A stretch of 64,000 nucleotides of DNA, taken from positions 7,963 through 71,962 of the forward strand of contig CAYZSW010000001.1 of assembly GCA_964481135.1 (NCBI GenBank), written 5' to 3'. A program made the position numbers and the translations under genes. The notes beneath the pieces were generated by a model that searched no databases, was not told the origin of the DNA, and saw only the letters and a program-made list of their open reading frames with translations. Positions 49,326 through 58,089 of this stretch are shown here, in pieces. This DNA is from an uncultured Candidatus Saccharibacteria bacterium. GTDB taxonomy: Bacteria; Patescibacteriota; UBA1384; JAMDBS01; DAOVQR01. Within the stretch, counting starts at the first letter, position 1; every line of letters begins with the position of its first letter.

Positions 49326-51347
49326 CTATGGTGAATAATTCACCGACACATCGTAAACAACCGGTGTTTTGCTATTCTCAAGTGTTGTTAAATATATTTT
49401 ATATTTTATATATCTTCCTAAAGAATGTGAAAGAGGAATTGCTTCTCCATCTGGATTGGTAAATCGCGTTGCTTCTGTTCCGTCTGGTCCTACAAAATTC
49501 CATGTTGCATTATCAGTATTAGTAGCAATTTGGAATTCTACATTTGTTACTCCGGGATCGATCAATTCTGTCCAAAAAATCCGATTAAATGAAACTTCAT
49601 CACCTGCATCAAAAGTACTTGATATATATTGCCCAGACGGAAAGTAACCAGTTTCTGCGATAGCTGAAAGTCGAAACATTGTATCTTGATTATTAAATAC
49701 ATTCCAATTTGTACCGGCATTATTGCTTTCTGTATATCTTGCATCTAAACCCAGATAATTAATATCATTGTCTGGGCTTCGGTCTAAATTTTCTGCGTGT
49801 TCTATGTGATATGATCGATTATGTGCAGTTCCAGGTGATTTTAGATAAAATCTATATTGCCTTCCTTCTATAAAAGCAATTTTTGGGTCAAGTGAAATTT
49901 CATGTAGTTGATAATCCATAGTAATATCTGTTCTTGTAACAAAAATTTCGTTAAATAAAATAGTATTGGTTGTCATATCTTCAATAACTAAATATAAATC
50001 ATCTTGAGGCTGAGCACCAACACTTTTTTTAACATAAATTGCCATTCTATTAAAAAACTCTGTACCCTCTTTGTAAGTAAAAATTTCTCCTTTATAAAAA
50101 TTTCCGTAAACATCTTTGTCTCGTGCTTCATGATATGGATTTCCTTCGGCTTCTGGGTTGCTATCAGTAAATAATAAAATATAAACAGGCGTATTATTAA
50201 CATCTGACCAGTTTGCGCCACCATTACTAGTCCAGCGGATCATAAGATTTAAATCATCTGCACTAGTTAAAGGCACAACCAAGTTTAAAGGATTTAAAGT
50301 TCTAAATATAATTGATCTTCCGGCATTTATTTGACCTGAATTATGCTCTATTACTAGGTGATAAATATTACCAGCTGTAATAGAAACATTTTCATTTAAA
50401 TTAAGTTCATGCCAGCCAGTGTTATTAGTTTGAAAATCTTTATAACCCTCATTATTACCTCCCAACCAATTACCACTTGGACTACCGTTATTATCTGATT
50501 GCAGTCCATATCTATATGTAGGAGTTTGATTTTGATGAGTAGAAGAAATGTAAATTCTAAGCGCTCTTACCTCTTTTGTATTTTGAGCAGTAAAACGAAA
50601 AGAAACTTTTTTACTTGAATTATCTAATGCATCTGTTTGGCTAGTACCAAAAACAGAGAATCTGTTACCAACTTGCTTGCCTTCACCTTGTCCATAAGCA
50701 AGCTTAATTTCACCACCTTGATCGTTTGTAACTTCTGTATCATTTACAGTCCCATCTATAAAATCATTATAAGTTGTTTCAATCCAATTAGCATTGTTTT
50801 GATAACGAGTCAGATATATTTCCTTAGATATAGATAAATTACGGGGTTTTTGCCAAGAAACAGAAATAATAAATTTTTTTGTCGATGGGTCCTCAATTCC
50901 ACTTTCTGATATTTCTCCGCTAACCGCATTACGGTAAACTGATTCGATAGAGATGCTTCTAGTAAAATTATCATCGATATTTTCTACACCATCTGCTAAA
51001 TTCCACACTCCGTTATTATTTATAATACGAGCGGGATATGTATGATAAACTAAGTCATTCCACGACCGCTCGTGTATTGAATAAAGAGCATTAACTGCTT
51101 CTTGAACATATTCTTCTGCTTGAGTTTGTTTTAATGAATTAAACTGAGCTTGTGAAATATCTACAAAAAGACCAATAACTGAACTAATTATTACACTAGC
51201 AATAGCAGTAGCAATAATAAGCTCAATTAGAATTTGACCTTTATTTGACACAGAATTACACAAATTGGAACACAAATTACCACACCTATTAAGTTGATGT
51301 GTATTTCTGTGTTCTGTTTTGTGTTTTTCTGTGTTAATTAACATCAA
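49326..51347 (-). CDS. Large minor pilin (PilV-like N-terminus) with beta-rich putative adhesin domains
   Basis: KG|QILIELIIATAI, FTR.I.I..V.R, V.W; the C-terminal G.YISS.FD...F..I.W...FQ.AT..W.FVGPDG...RYIKYK..L domain encloses repeated beta modules. Confidence 0.78.
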   Translation of the reverse strand: MMLINTEKHKTEHRNTHQLNRCGNLCSNLCNSVSNKGQILIELIIATAIASVIISSVIGLFVDISQAQFNSLKQTQAEEYVQEAVNALYSIHERSWNDLVYHTYPARIINNNGVWNLADGVENIDDNFTRSISIESVYRNAVSGEISESGIEDPSTKKFIISVSWQKPRNLSISKEIYLTRYQNNANWIETTYNDFIDGTVNDTEVTNDQGGEIKLAYGQGEGKQVGNRFSVFGTSQTDALDNSSKKVSFRFTAQNTKEVRALRIYISSTHQNQTPTYRYGLQSDNNGSPSGNWLGGNNEGYKDFQTNNTGWHELNLNENVSITAGNIYHLVIEHNSGQINAGRSIIFRTLNPLNLVVPLTSADDLNLMIRWTSNGGANWSDVNNTPVYILLFTDSNPEAEGNPYHEARDKDVYGNFYKGEIFTYKEGTEFFNRMAIYVKKSVGAQPQDDLYLVIEDMTTNTILFNEIFVTRTDITMDYQLHEISLDPKIAFIEGRQYRFYLKSPGTAHNRSYHIEHAENLDRSPDNDINYLGLDARYTESNNAGTNWNVFNNQDTMFRLSAIAETGYFPSGQYISSTFDAGDEVSFNRIFWTELIDPGVTNVEFQIATNTDNATWNFVGPDGTEATRFTNPDGEAIPLSHSLGRYIKYKIYLTTLENSKTPVVYDVSVNYSP
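51248..51335. repeat. ACACA/TGTGT hairpin cassette read in frame as a pilin leader
   Basis: acacagaattacacaaattggaacacaaattaccacac ... tgtgtatttctgtgttctgttttgtgtttttctgtgtt. Confidence 0.85.
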
Positions 51348-51858
51348 TTACTCCCAACTTATTAATTGTAAAATTTCTAGTTTCGCCGGAGCTTAACTCA
51401 GATAATGAAAAATTTTTATTTTGCTCATCGTAATTCCTTACATTACCAAAAACTTTCTCAAAGACAATTGTCGAATTATCTGGTAAATTTGAATCTAATG
51501 ATAAATTGTCTGGTAAATTTACATTGATATTATAATTATCACTCGGGTTATAAATAATTCCCCGATATAAAACAATTTTATTTTCAACTGAATCAAAATA
51601 TATGCTAAAATTTTCGCCCGACTCAGCTGTATCGCAATTTTGGGTACACATTCTACTCATTGCCTGATTCTGTGCCTGATATATAGTAGATAATATTTGA
51701 GTCGAAAAAGAATCCAAACTGTTGGTTCGTTGAAAATTTAAATAAGAAACCCACGATCCAGCTAAAATAATACCAAAAATTCCTATCGTCACTAATAGTT
51801 CAATTAAAGTAAAACCTTTTTTAACTTGTAGCTGGTAGCTTTTTAGCTTATTAGACAA
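51334..51858 (-). CDS. Minor pilin (FimT/GspH-like)
   Basis: KKG|FTLIELLVTIGI; AQ.QA; IVFEK..G; TIN.LG.I; TTG start with GGAGG SD. Confidence 0.82.
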   Translation of the reverse strand: MSNKLKSYQLQVKKGFTLIELLVTIGIFGIILAGSWVSYLNFQRTNSLDSFSTQILSTIYQAQNQAMSRMCTQNCDTAESGENFSIYFDSVENKIVLYRGIIYNPSDNYNINVNLPDNLSLDSNLPDNSTIVFEKVFGNVRNYDEQNKNFSLSELSSGETRNFTINKLGVIDVN

Positions 51859-51952
51859 TGCCCCTCCGTTTACTAGCTTATTAGTTTGTAGCCTTTTAAC
51901 TTATTAGAGAAAAATATCTAAGAAGCTAATTAGCTAATTCCTAAGAAGCTAT
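51832..51952. repeat. TAGCT/AGCTA 8-mer inverted-repeat cassette overlapping the pilin start
   Basis: gtagctggtagctttttagcttattag..ctagcttattagtttgtagcc ... ctaagaagctaattagctaattcctaagaagcta. Confidence 0.7.
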
Positions 51953-52407
51953 TTTAAATGCTCTTTAATCTTTTCTACAACTTGATTTGGTGTAAGGTTT
52001 GCTTTTACTAAATAATCATTTGCGCCAAGTTTTTTTGCTCTATCAATATCAGTTTGCTGGCCAAGATTAGAAAATACTACTACTGGTTTTTTGGCGTTCG
52101 GCCAACTACTGGCACGAAGTTTTTCTAATATTTCAAATCCATCTACTTTTGGAAGCATCAGGTCTAAAAGTATAATACTATAATCATTTTTCTCTAATTT
52201 TTCTAAAGCTTGTTGTCCATCAAGAGCATTATCAACTTCAAAACCTTCCATTGAACATTTTGTTGAATACATTTTTACTAGTAATTCATCGTCTTCTATA
52301 ATTAATAATTTACCACCATTTTTTTCCAATTGTGCTGATTGATTAGCTGTATTGTCTGCTGGCTGTGGTTGACCCTGAGGTTGAACTGGTATTTGTTGAT
52401 TTTGCAT
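51949..52407 (-). CDS. Single-domain response regulator (receiver)
   Basis: LLIIEDD, ILLDLMLPKVDG, VFSN, GANDYLVK; AAGGAG SD before ATG 52407. Confidence 0.93.
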   Translation of the reverse strand: MQNQQIPVQPQGQPQPADNTANQSAQLEKNGGKLLIIEDDELLVKMYSTKCSMEGFEVDNALDGQQALEKLEKNDYSIILLDLMLPKVDGFEILEKLRASSWPNAKKPVVVFSNLGQQTDIDRAKKLGANDYLVKANLTPNQVVEKIKEHLK

Positions 52408-52424
52408 AATTATACTCCTTTCTT

Positions 52425-52913
52425 TCACACAGAACTACACAAATAGGAATACAAATTTACACTTTAGTTAAAAACGGTTTTCTATCATTGGTGTAAATGA
52501 TTCTTTTGACATATAGTTTTAGTGTAGAAAAATTTACTAAATAACCTATTTCATATTTACTATTTCTTAAATAATGATAAAGTTGTATTTCGTCTTGTTT
52601 AGTAGTGAATCTTGACGATTTCAATTCTATAATAATTTTATTATCGATAATTACATCTGGTTTATAACTTCCTACTTTTTTACCAGTCTGATTAGAATAA
52701 ATACTAATTAATTTTTCTTTTTCAATTTTTATTTGTTTATTTGTTAAATATTCAATCAATAAATTCTGATAAATTGATTCTTTGTGACCAGGTCCGTATT
52801 CCTTTCTTATTTCGAAAAAACATCCTTGAACAATATAGCTTAATTCCTTGTAAAGGAACAGCTTCTTATCTGGTGCGTTCATTTGTGTTCCTGTTTGTGT
52901 TGTTTTGTGTTGT
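52425..52913. mobile_element. ACACA/TGTGT hairpin cassette enclosing a GxxExxY gene
   Basis: cacacagaactacacaaataggaatacaaatttacact (52426-52463) versus atttgtgttcctgtttgtgttgttttgtgttgt (52881-52913). Confidence 0.8.
52457..52882 (-). CDS. GxxExxY protein (PD-(D/E)XK fold)
   Basis: [12 protein letters not shown]...[29 protein letters not shown]...EIGYLVNF; start revised to ATG 52882. Confidence 0.92.
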   Translation of the reverse strand: MNAPDKKLFLYKELSYIVQGCFFEIRKEYGPGHKESIYQNLLIEYLTNKQIKIEKEKLISIYSNQTGKKVGSYKPDVIIDNKIIIELKSSRFTTKQDEIQLYHYLRNSKYEIGYLVNFSTLKLYVKRIIYTNDRKPFLTKV

Positions 52914-55201
52914 AACCAACGGTAATGTAAAGCTAAAATTGGAGCCATGCCCTTCGCGACTCTCTACCCATATTTTACCACCACATCCTTCAACTATCAA
53001 TCGGGAAATGTAAAGGCCTAAACCTAATCCTGACCCTGACCTTCGATAACTTTTTTAGTTCCACCAGATACTTGATAATACTTAGTAAATAATGCCTCTT
53101 GTTTTTCTTCGGAAATACCTTGTCCAGAATCAGAAATAGAAAACTGGGCGAATTTATCTTTTAATTGTATATCAAATTTAACCCAACCACTTTTAGTATA
53201 TTTTATAGCGTTATCTATTAGATTAGTAAGAACTTGCTGAATTTTATCAGAATCAGTATAAACAAAAAGTTGCTCAGGAATTTCCTCAAGCTTAAATTCA
53301 AGACCTTTTTTCTCGGCTATTGGAGATATCTGTTTAATTAAAGTTTTTACAATGGGAATAATATCTATATTTTTTGGCTGAATAGTAATTTTCCCTTTTT
53401 CTATACGAGATGAAGTTAAAAAATCATTAACCATGCGAATTAATCTTTCGGAAGCAGATTGAGTTTCTTTAAGTGGTTCGCGTAAAGTTTCTGGAATTTG
53501 CCCAAAGTCACCATTTAAAATCATATCATTATATCCCTTAATGGCTGTCATTGGAGTTCTTAGATCGTGTGCGGCAATATTTAAAAATTCATCTTTCATT
53601 TTTGCAAGTTCTCTTTCTTTTGAAACATCATGAAACACTACCACGCAACCTATAATTTTATTGTTATTATCTCGTAGAGGAGAAGCACTATCTGCAACTG
53701 GAATTTTTTTATTATATTTTGTAAGTAGGTAAGTATGATTTGTCATATAGGTAATCGTGCCACTAGTCATAGCGTCTCGGACAAATTTATCATTTATTGA
53801 ATTGTCTTTTTCTAAATAAAATTTAAGTATATCTTTGTATACTTTGCCAACTGCTTCTTCTTTAGTATATCCAGAAATTTTTTCTGCAATAGAGTTAAAC
53901 ATAATTATCTTTTCATCTAGTCCAATTACAAATACAGCATCTCCAATAGAAGAAAGTATTGCTTGAATTTTATTTCGTTCGTGTTCAGTTTTTAGTTTTT
54001 CCTCATTTACATCTTCTAAAATATTTAAAATTGCCTTTTGTTGATTTTGCATTTTTTGATCGTTTAGTTTAATCTCTTTTGTTTGCTCTTCTACTTTTTT
54101 ATCAATTTCGGCACGAGATACTTTAATAGCACTAGTTAAATTATCAATTTCTCTTGATAGGTCTCCGATTTCATCTTTAGAATTATTACCAACCTTGTAA
54201 TCCAAATCTCCTTTTTGAATAATTTTTATGCCTTTATGCAAATTTTCAATTGGTTTAGAAAGAATGCGAGCAACAAATAGAGCTACCGCAAAAGAAAATA
54301 ATAAATAAACTAAACTAATAACTATCAAAATATTTATTTCATGATTAATTGGCGCAAAAACTTCCTTTTGATCAATCTTAACAACTAGTCCCCAGCCGGT
54401 GTGGTCAATATAACGAGACGCAGAAAAAACTTTTTCGTTACGATAATCAGCTAAATCTGTAAAGTAATCTTCGTTATTTAAAAGTGCCTGAACAAGTGGT
54501 ATGTGTGTATCTAATTTAGTTACTTTTACACCGGGTGGATAAGGATGTCTGGTTTCTAAAAAATACTCAACATCATTGTTTTCATCTAACCTAGCAATTA
54601 TTGTTTCTCCTGTTTCACCCAACCCAGAGTAATCATTCATAATATTAATTATTTCTTCTGGACTTGTTTGAACAATAGACACACCTAACACATTTTCATC
54701 TTTTTGTATTGGGCCGGCAAGATAAAACCAATTTTCTTTATTTTCTTCGTCTTTTACAAATGTAATATAATTTTTTTCCTTGCCAAATTCAAAATATTCT
54801 TCGCTAGAAAAATTTTTGTTTTCTTGATCTTTTTCACTTGAAGCAATAACTTTACCATCTTTATCTGTTATCCAAAGAGCGTTATAATCTGTACTTGATT
54901 TTTTAGCATCTTCTAATCGTCGCGAGAGGTCATCTTTGTCTATTGAATCAGGATTGTTATAATAATCCTGCATTAAATCAATAACCCCCACTCTTGAAGT
55001 AAAAATTTTAATTCGTTCTAAATTAATATTAATAAGATTTTCAACTCTTGATTCTTGTAAATCTGCTATTACATTTAATTTTTCCTCGGTATTATCTAAA
55101 GCATTTTTTCGCATCTCAAAATAACCATAAAAAATGGATATCAAAAAAGAGAAAAATGCTATACAAACTATGCTAATAATAATTCTTGTTCTGATTTTCA
55201 T
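52866..55201 (-). pseudogene. Sensor histidine kinase (Cache-HAMP-PAS-HisKA-HATPase) with a 1-nt frameshift near 53035
   Basis: AAHDLRTPM, NLIDNAIKYT, DSGQGI. The ORF stops at 53024 but [34 protein letters not shown] continues in the shifted frame to a stop at 52866. Confidence 0.85.
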
Positions 55202-55252
55202 AATAATTATATTGGTAACGCGTAATGGGTAATAAGTAACGCGTAATTAATA

Positions 55253-55789
55253 TTATCTAATATTTTTTCTTGCCGCATACATTCTTTCAGCTAAACCACC
55301 ATTTTGTAAAAAATCTTTTTCTAAACTCTGAAGCTGGCGATCTAATAGATAGTTAGCTTGGTGAATTAAACAAATTATTGAATTTGCTGCAGATTCTGGA
55401 TCTGACATATAGGTCATATAAGTCTCATAAGACCTATTCGACCTATAAGATAATTTTCTAATTTCCTGAATTCGTGAATCTTCTTTGTTCCAAAGTTTTA
55501 ATTTTTTCTGACGCAAAAAATCCAAATAATCTTCTAAAAGTTCTTCTAAACTTGCCCTAGCCACACCAATAAGTTTTATTTCAGATTTTTTTGATGTACC
55601 TGAAACTTGACTTCCTTCAACAATATTTTGCTTTCCACTTCTTGCGGCTTGGACCATTTGATCACGCGTCCTAGAAAATTTACTAACATATTTATTACAA
55701 AATTGGTCTGTCAAATCGTAAACTATAACCGAATTTTGATAGGATTTTAACTTTTTGTATCCTCCATGAATAGATATAAAATTTGACAT
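55253..55789 (-). CDS. Four-helix-bundle protein (23S rRNA IVP-like, 'suffix domain' type)
   Basis: GGYKKLKSYQ, RTRDQMVQAARSGKQNIVEG, VARASLEELLEDY.DFLRQ, ANYLLDRQL..LE..F...GG..ER. Confidence 0.9.
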   Translation of the reverse strand: MSNFISIHGGYKKLKSYQNSVIVYDLTDQFCNKYVSKFSRTRDQMVQAARSGKQNIVEGSQVSGTSKKSEIKLIGVARASLEELLEDYLDFLRQKKLKLWNKEDSRIQEIRKLSYRSNRSYETYMTYMSDPESAANSIICLIHQANYLLDRQLQSLEKDFLQNGGLAERMYAARKNIR

Positions 55790-55887
55790 TTAATTTTTCC
55801 TTAAATTTTATTTATTCTACTATCTTACCTACTTGCCTACAGGTCTTACTATTTATCTACCATCCTACTGGCCTACTTTCTACTAGC

Positions 55888-56208
55888 CTACTTGTCTAAT
55901 TTCTCCACTAACTTCATAATTTCTTCTTGGTGTTTTTTTACTACTTCCTGATTTCTAAATTTTTTGGCAAACTGGGCTAATTCTCTTAGGGAATTTATGA
56001 TTGATTCTTTGGTTGGATTTTCAAAATCCCCTCCGGAATCAACGAATGCTTTTTTAACAATTTCTACACAGTATTCTTTTTCCATAGATTCCTGATTAGA
56101 AACTCCTGCATCGCTACAATGTGCCTGGCTAAAACATTCGCTTATTGCATCGCGCACCATAAGTGGTGTAATTTTTTCATTTAAATCAACTCCGTAAATT
56201 TTTGTCAT
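55888..56208 (-). CDS. Hypothetical protein
   Basis: AAGGA SD; IYGVD, VRDAI.ECF..AHC, F.NPTKE. Confidence 0.7.
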   Translation of the reverse strand: MTKIYGVDLNEKITPLMVRDAISECFSQAHCSDAGVSNQESMEKEYCVEIVKKAFVDSGGDFENPTKESIINSLRELAQFAKKFRNQEVVKKHQEEIMKLVEKLDK

Positions 56209-56259
56209 AATTTTCCTTTCTAATGGCCTACTAGCCTATCTTTCTACTAATCCAAAGGC

Positions 56260-56472
56260 CTAGCGTTTATCTAAATTAATTATTCTTAAAATTTCCTCGC
56301 AAATTTTCATATGTTCAATTTCTTCGTCACGGATTTTTTCCACAACTTCTCTTTTTTGAGGATCTTTTAAAGTAAGCAAATAATTAGAATACAAATCCTT
56401 TGCTTGTTTTTCTATAAAATACAAATCATAAAACATTTCCCTTAATGTATCGTGACTATTTTCCTTGTTCAT
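56260..56472 (-). CDS. Small ferritin-like (ExxH) half-domain protein
   Basis: IEKQA..LY ... I..EE.EH; overlaps the upstream stop. Confidence 0.6.
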   Translation of the reverse strand: MNKENSHDTLREMFYDLYFIEKQAKDLYSNYLLTLKDPQKREVVEKIRDEEIEHMKICEEILRIINLDKR

Positions 56473-57631
56473 ATTTTATAAGCTCCTTAAATTTATTTTC
56501 ATGATCTATACTCTCCTCGACTAAGTGATTTAATCTGTTAATTATTTGCTGTTTTTTTTCATTATCTAAATCAGAATGCTCTACTTTTAGTAAATAATAT
56601 GATTTTAATTTTTGAATTACACTTTCTTCGACATCTATTGCTATTTGAAATTTTTCTTCCCAGGTTTCTGAATCTTCTGTTTTATATTCTTTATTTTTTC
56701 TTAATTTGCTAATTTGTTCTTTCAGTTCAATCATTCTGATTTCTCTGCCGACTAACACTTCATTAATTTTTTCTAATTCCTTAGTTCTTTGGGCAACTTT
56801 TCCTTCAATATTTGTTTTTTCTTCTTTAAGCTTGTTAGTCATTTGATTGATATTTTCACTAAGTAATCCTATTTCATCTCGTGATTTAATTTCTAATTTT
56901 TTATCTAAATCTCCATCAATAATCTTTTGTGAAATATCCTGAATCTGTCTAACTGGGTTTAAAATTGATCTAATAAAGATAAAATAAATTATTATTAGAA
57001 AAATAATAAAAATTATTATAAAAACAATATACAAATAAATTTGATAGTTGATTGATTTTTTTAAATTTTCATTTGATTGACTTAATTTTTTGGTGGATAA
57101 ATCTATAGCTTCATCGTATGCCGTATTGCGTTTAGTTAAATATTGATCTAGACCAGATTTATAAATTTCTTTTTGTTTCCAATACTCACTGCTTTCCAAT
57201 ATTTTTTGCGCCTCATCTTTATTGCCTTCATCAACTAATTTTATTGCCTCTTCTTCCATTGCAACAAGTGCAAGATTGGCTTCATCTACATTGGAAAATG
57301 CTTGTTTATCTTCATCGTCTCCTTTTTCTATAGCTTGATTTATTCTTAGCTCGAGTTTAGGCACAAATTCTTCATATCTAGTTTTCCACTTTTTATCTCC
57401 TGTAAAAGCATAATTTCTAGCCGATTGGGTTAATACTTCATCGTCATAGCGAATAAGCTCAGCTATACCATCAAGATATGAAGTTTCATTTAAATCATTA
57501 ACTAATTCGGTAAAATCAGTTTCTAAATAATTAATATTTTTACTTTCTTCAGAAATAATAAAATACCCGACTGAAATTGTCAGCATCATTAACGCAATCA
57601 AGATTAATAATATTTTTGTTCTGATTTTCAC
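56456..57631 (-). CDS. Membrane sensor: four-helix extracellular domain, HAMP, VGRE coiled coil and ferritin-like tail; no kinase domain
   Basis: TM-sensor-TM, P...I..GDL...SRDEIG.L...N.M (HAMP), VGREIRMIELK, C-terminal E..DH. Confidence 0.8.
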   Translation of the reverse strand: MKIRTKILLILIALMMLTISVGYFIISEESKNINYLETDFTELVNDLNETSYLDGIAELIRYDDEVLTQSARNYAFTGDKKWKTRYEEFVPKLELRINQAIEKGDDEDKQAFSNVDEANLALVAMEEEAIKLVDEGNKDEAQKILESSEYWKQKEIYKSGLDQYLTKRNTAYDEAIDLSTKKLSQSNENLKKSINYQIYLYIVFIIIFIIFLIIIYFIFIRSILNPVRQIQDISQKIIDGDLDKKLEIKSRDEIGLLSENINQMTNKLKEEKTNIEGKVAQRTKELEKINEVLVGREIRMIELKEQISKLRKNKEYKTEDSETWEEKFQIAIDVEESVIQKLKSYYLLKVEHSDLDNEKKQQIINRLNHLVEESIDHENKFKELIKYEQGK

Positions 57632-57641
57632 ATTTGCTCCG

Positions 57642-58082
57642 CAAAACTTATAACTAATATTTCATAACTCATAACCATATCTAATAACTTAAAACTATTT
57701 TTTGCCTTTTAAAGTCAATAAACTAGAAGCAAGCATTTTGGTTATTTGTTGACATTCGTCTAATAACGGTTCTGCCTCTTTTTTCTGAATTAATTTTGAA
57801 TCTTTCAATAAACTTAGCCAATACAATGTTTCATTGGCAGATTTTAAAGAAATATCATAATATTTAATAAATTCTTTTTTTGAACTAGATGATTTTGCTT
57901 CTACAATATTTGCTCCAATAGATGTTGATGATCTTAAAAGTTGATCTGAAACTATCCAATACATTTTTTTATTAGGCAAGCTATTTATAAACTTGATAAT
58001 GGATAATGAAAAATTATACGCTCTAATTTTTACATTAGAAGATTTAACATTTGAGTTATGATTATGAGTTATGAGTTTTAAC
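57642..58082. mobile_element. CATAACT/AGTTATG 7-mer hairpin cassette enclosing the four-helix-bundle gene
   Basis: aaaacttataactaatatttcataactcataaccatatctaataacttaaaac versus gagttatgattatgagttatgagtttt. Confidence 0.8.
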
Positions 58083-58084
58083 AT
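57695..58084 (-). CDS. Four-helix-bundle protein (TIGR02436 / 23S rRNA IVP-like)
   Basis: RAYNFS, DQLLRSSTSIGANIVEA..SSSKKEF..Y..ISLKSANET.YWL.LL. Confidence 0.93.
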   Translation of the reverse strand: MLKLITHNHNSNVKSSNVKIRAYNFSLSIIKFINSLPNKKMYWIVSDQLLRSSTSIGANIVEAKSSSSKKEFIKYYDISLKSANETLYWLSLLKDSKLIQKKEAEPLLDECQQITKMLASSLLTLKGKK

Positions 58085-58089
58085 ATGAA

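Noticed and set aside
55253-58084. Diversity-generating retroelement (four-helix bundle read as Avd)
   Set aside because: No reverse transcriptase and no TR/VR pair with adenine-specific mismatches seen in the window.
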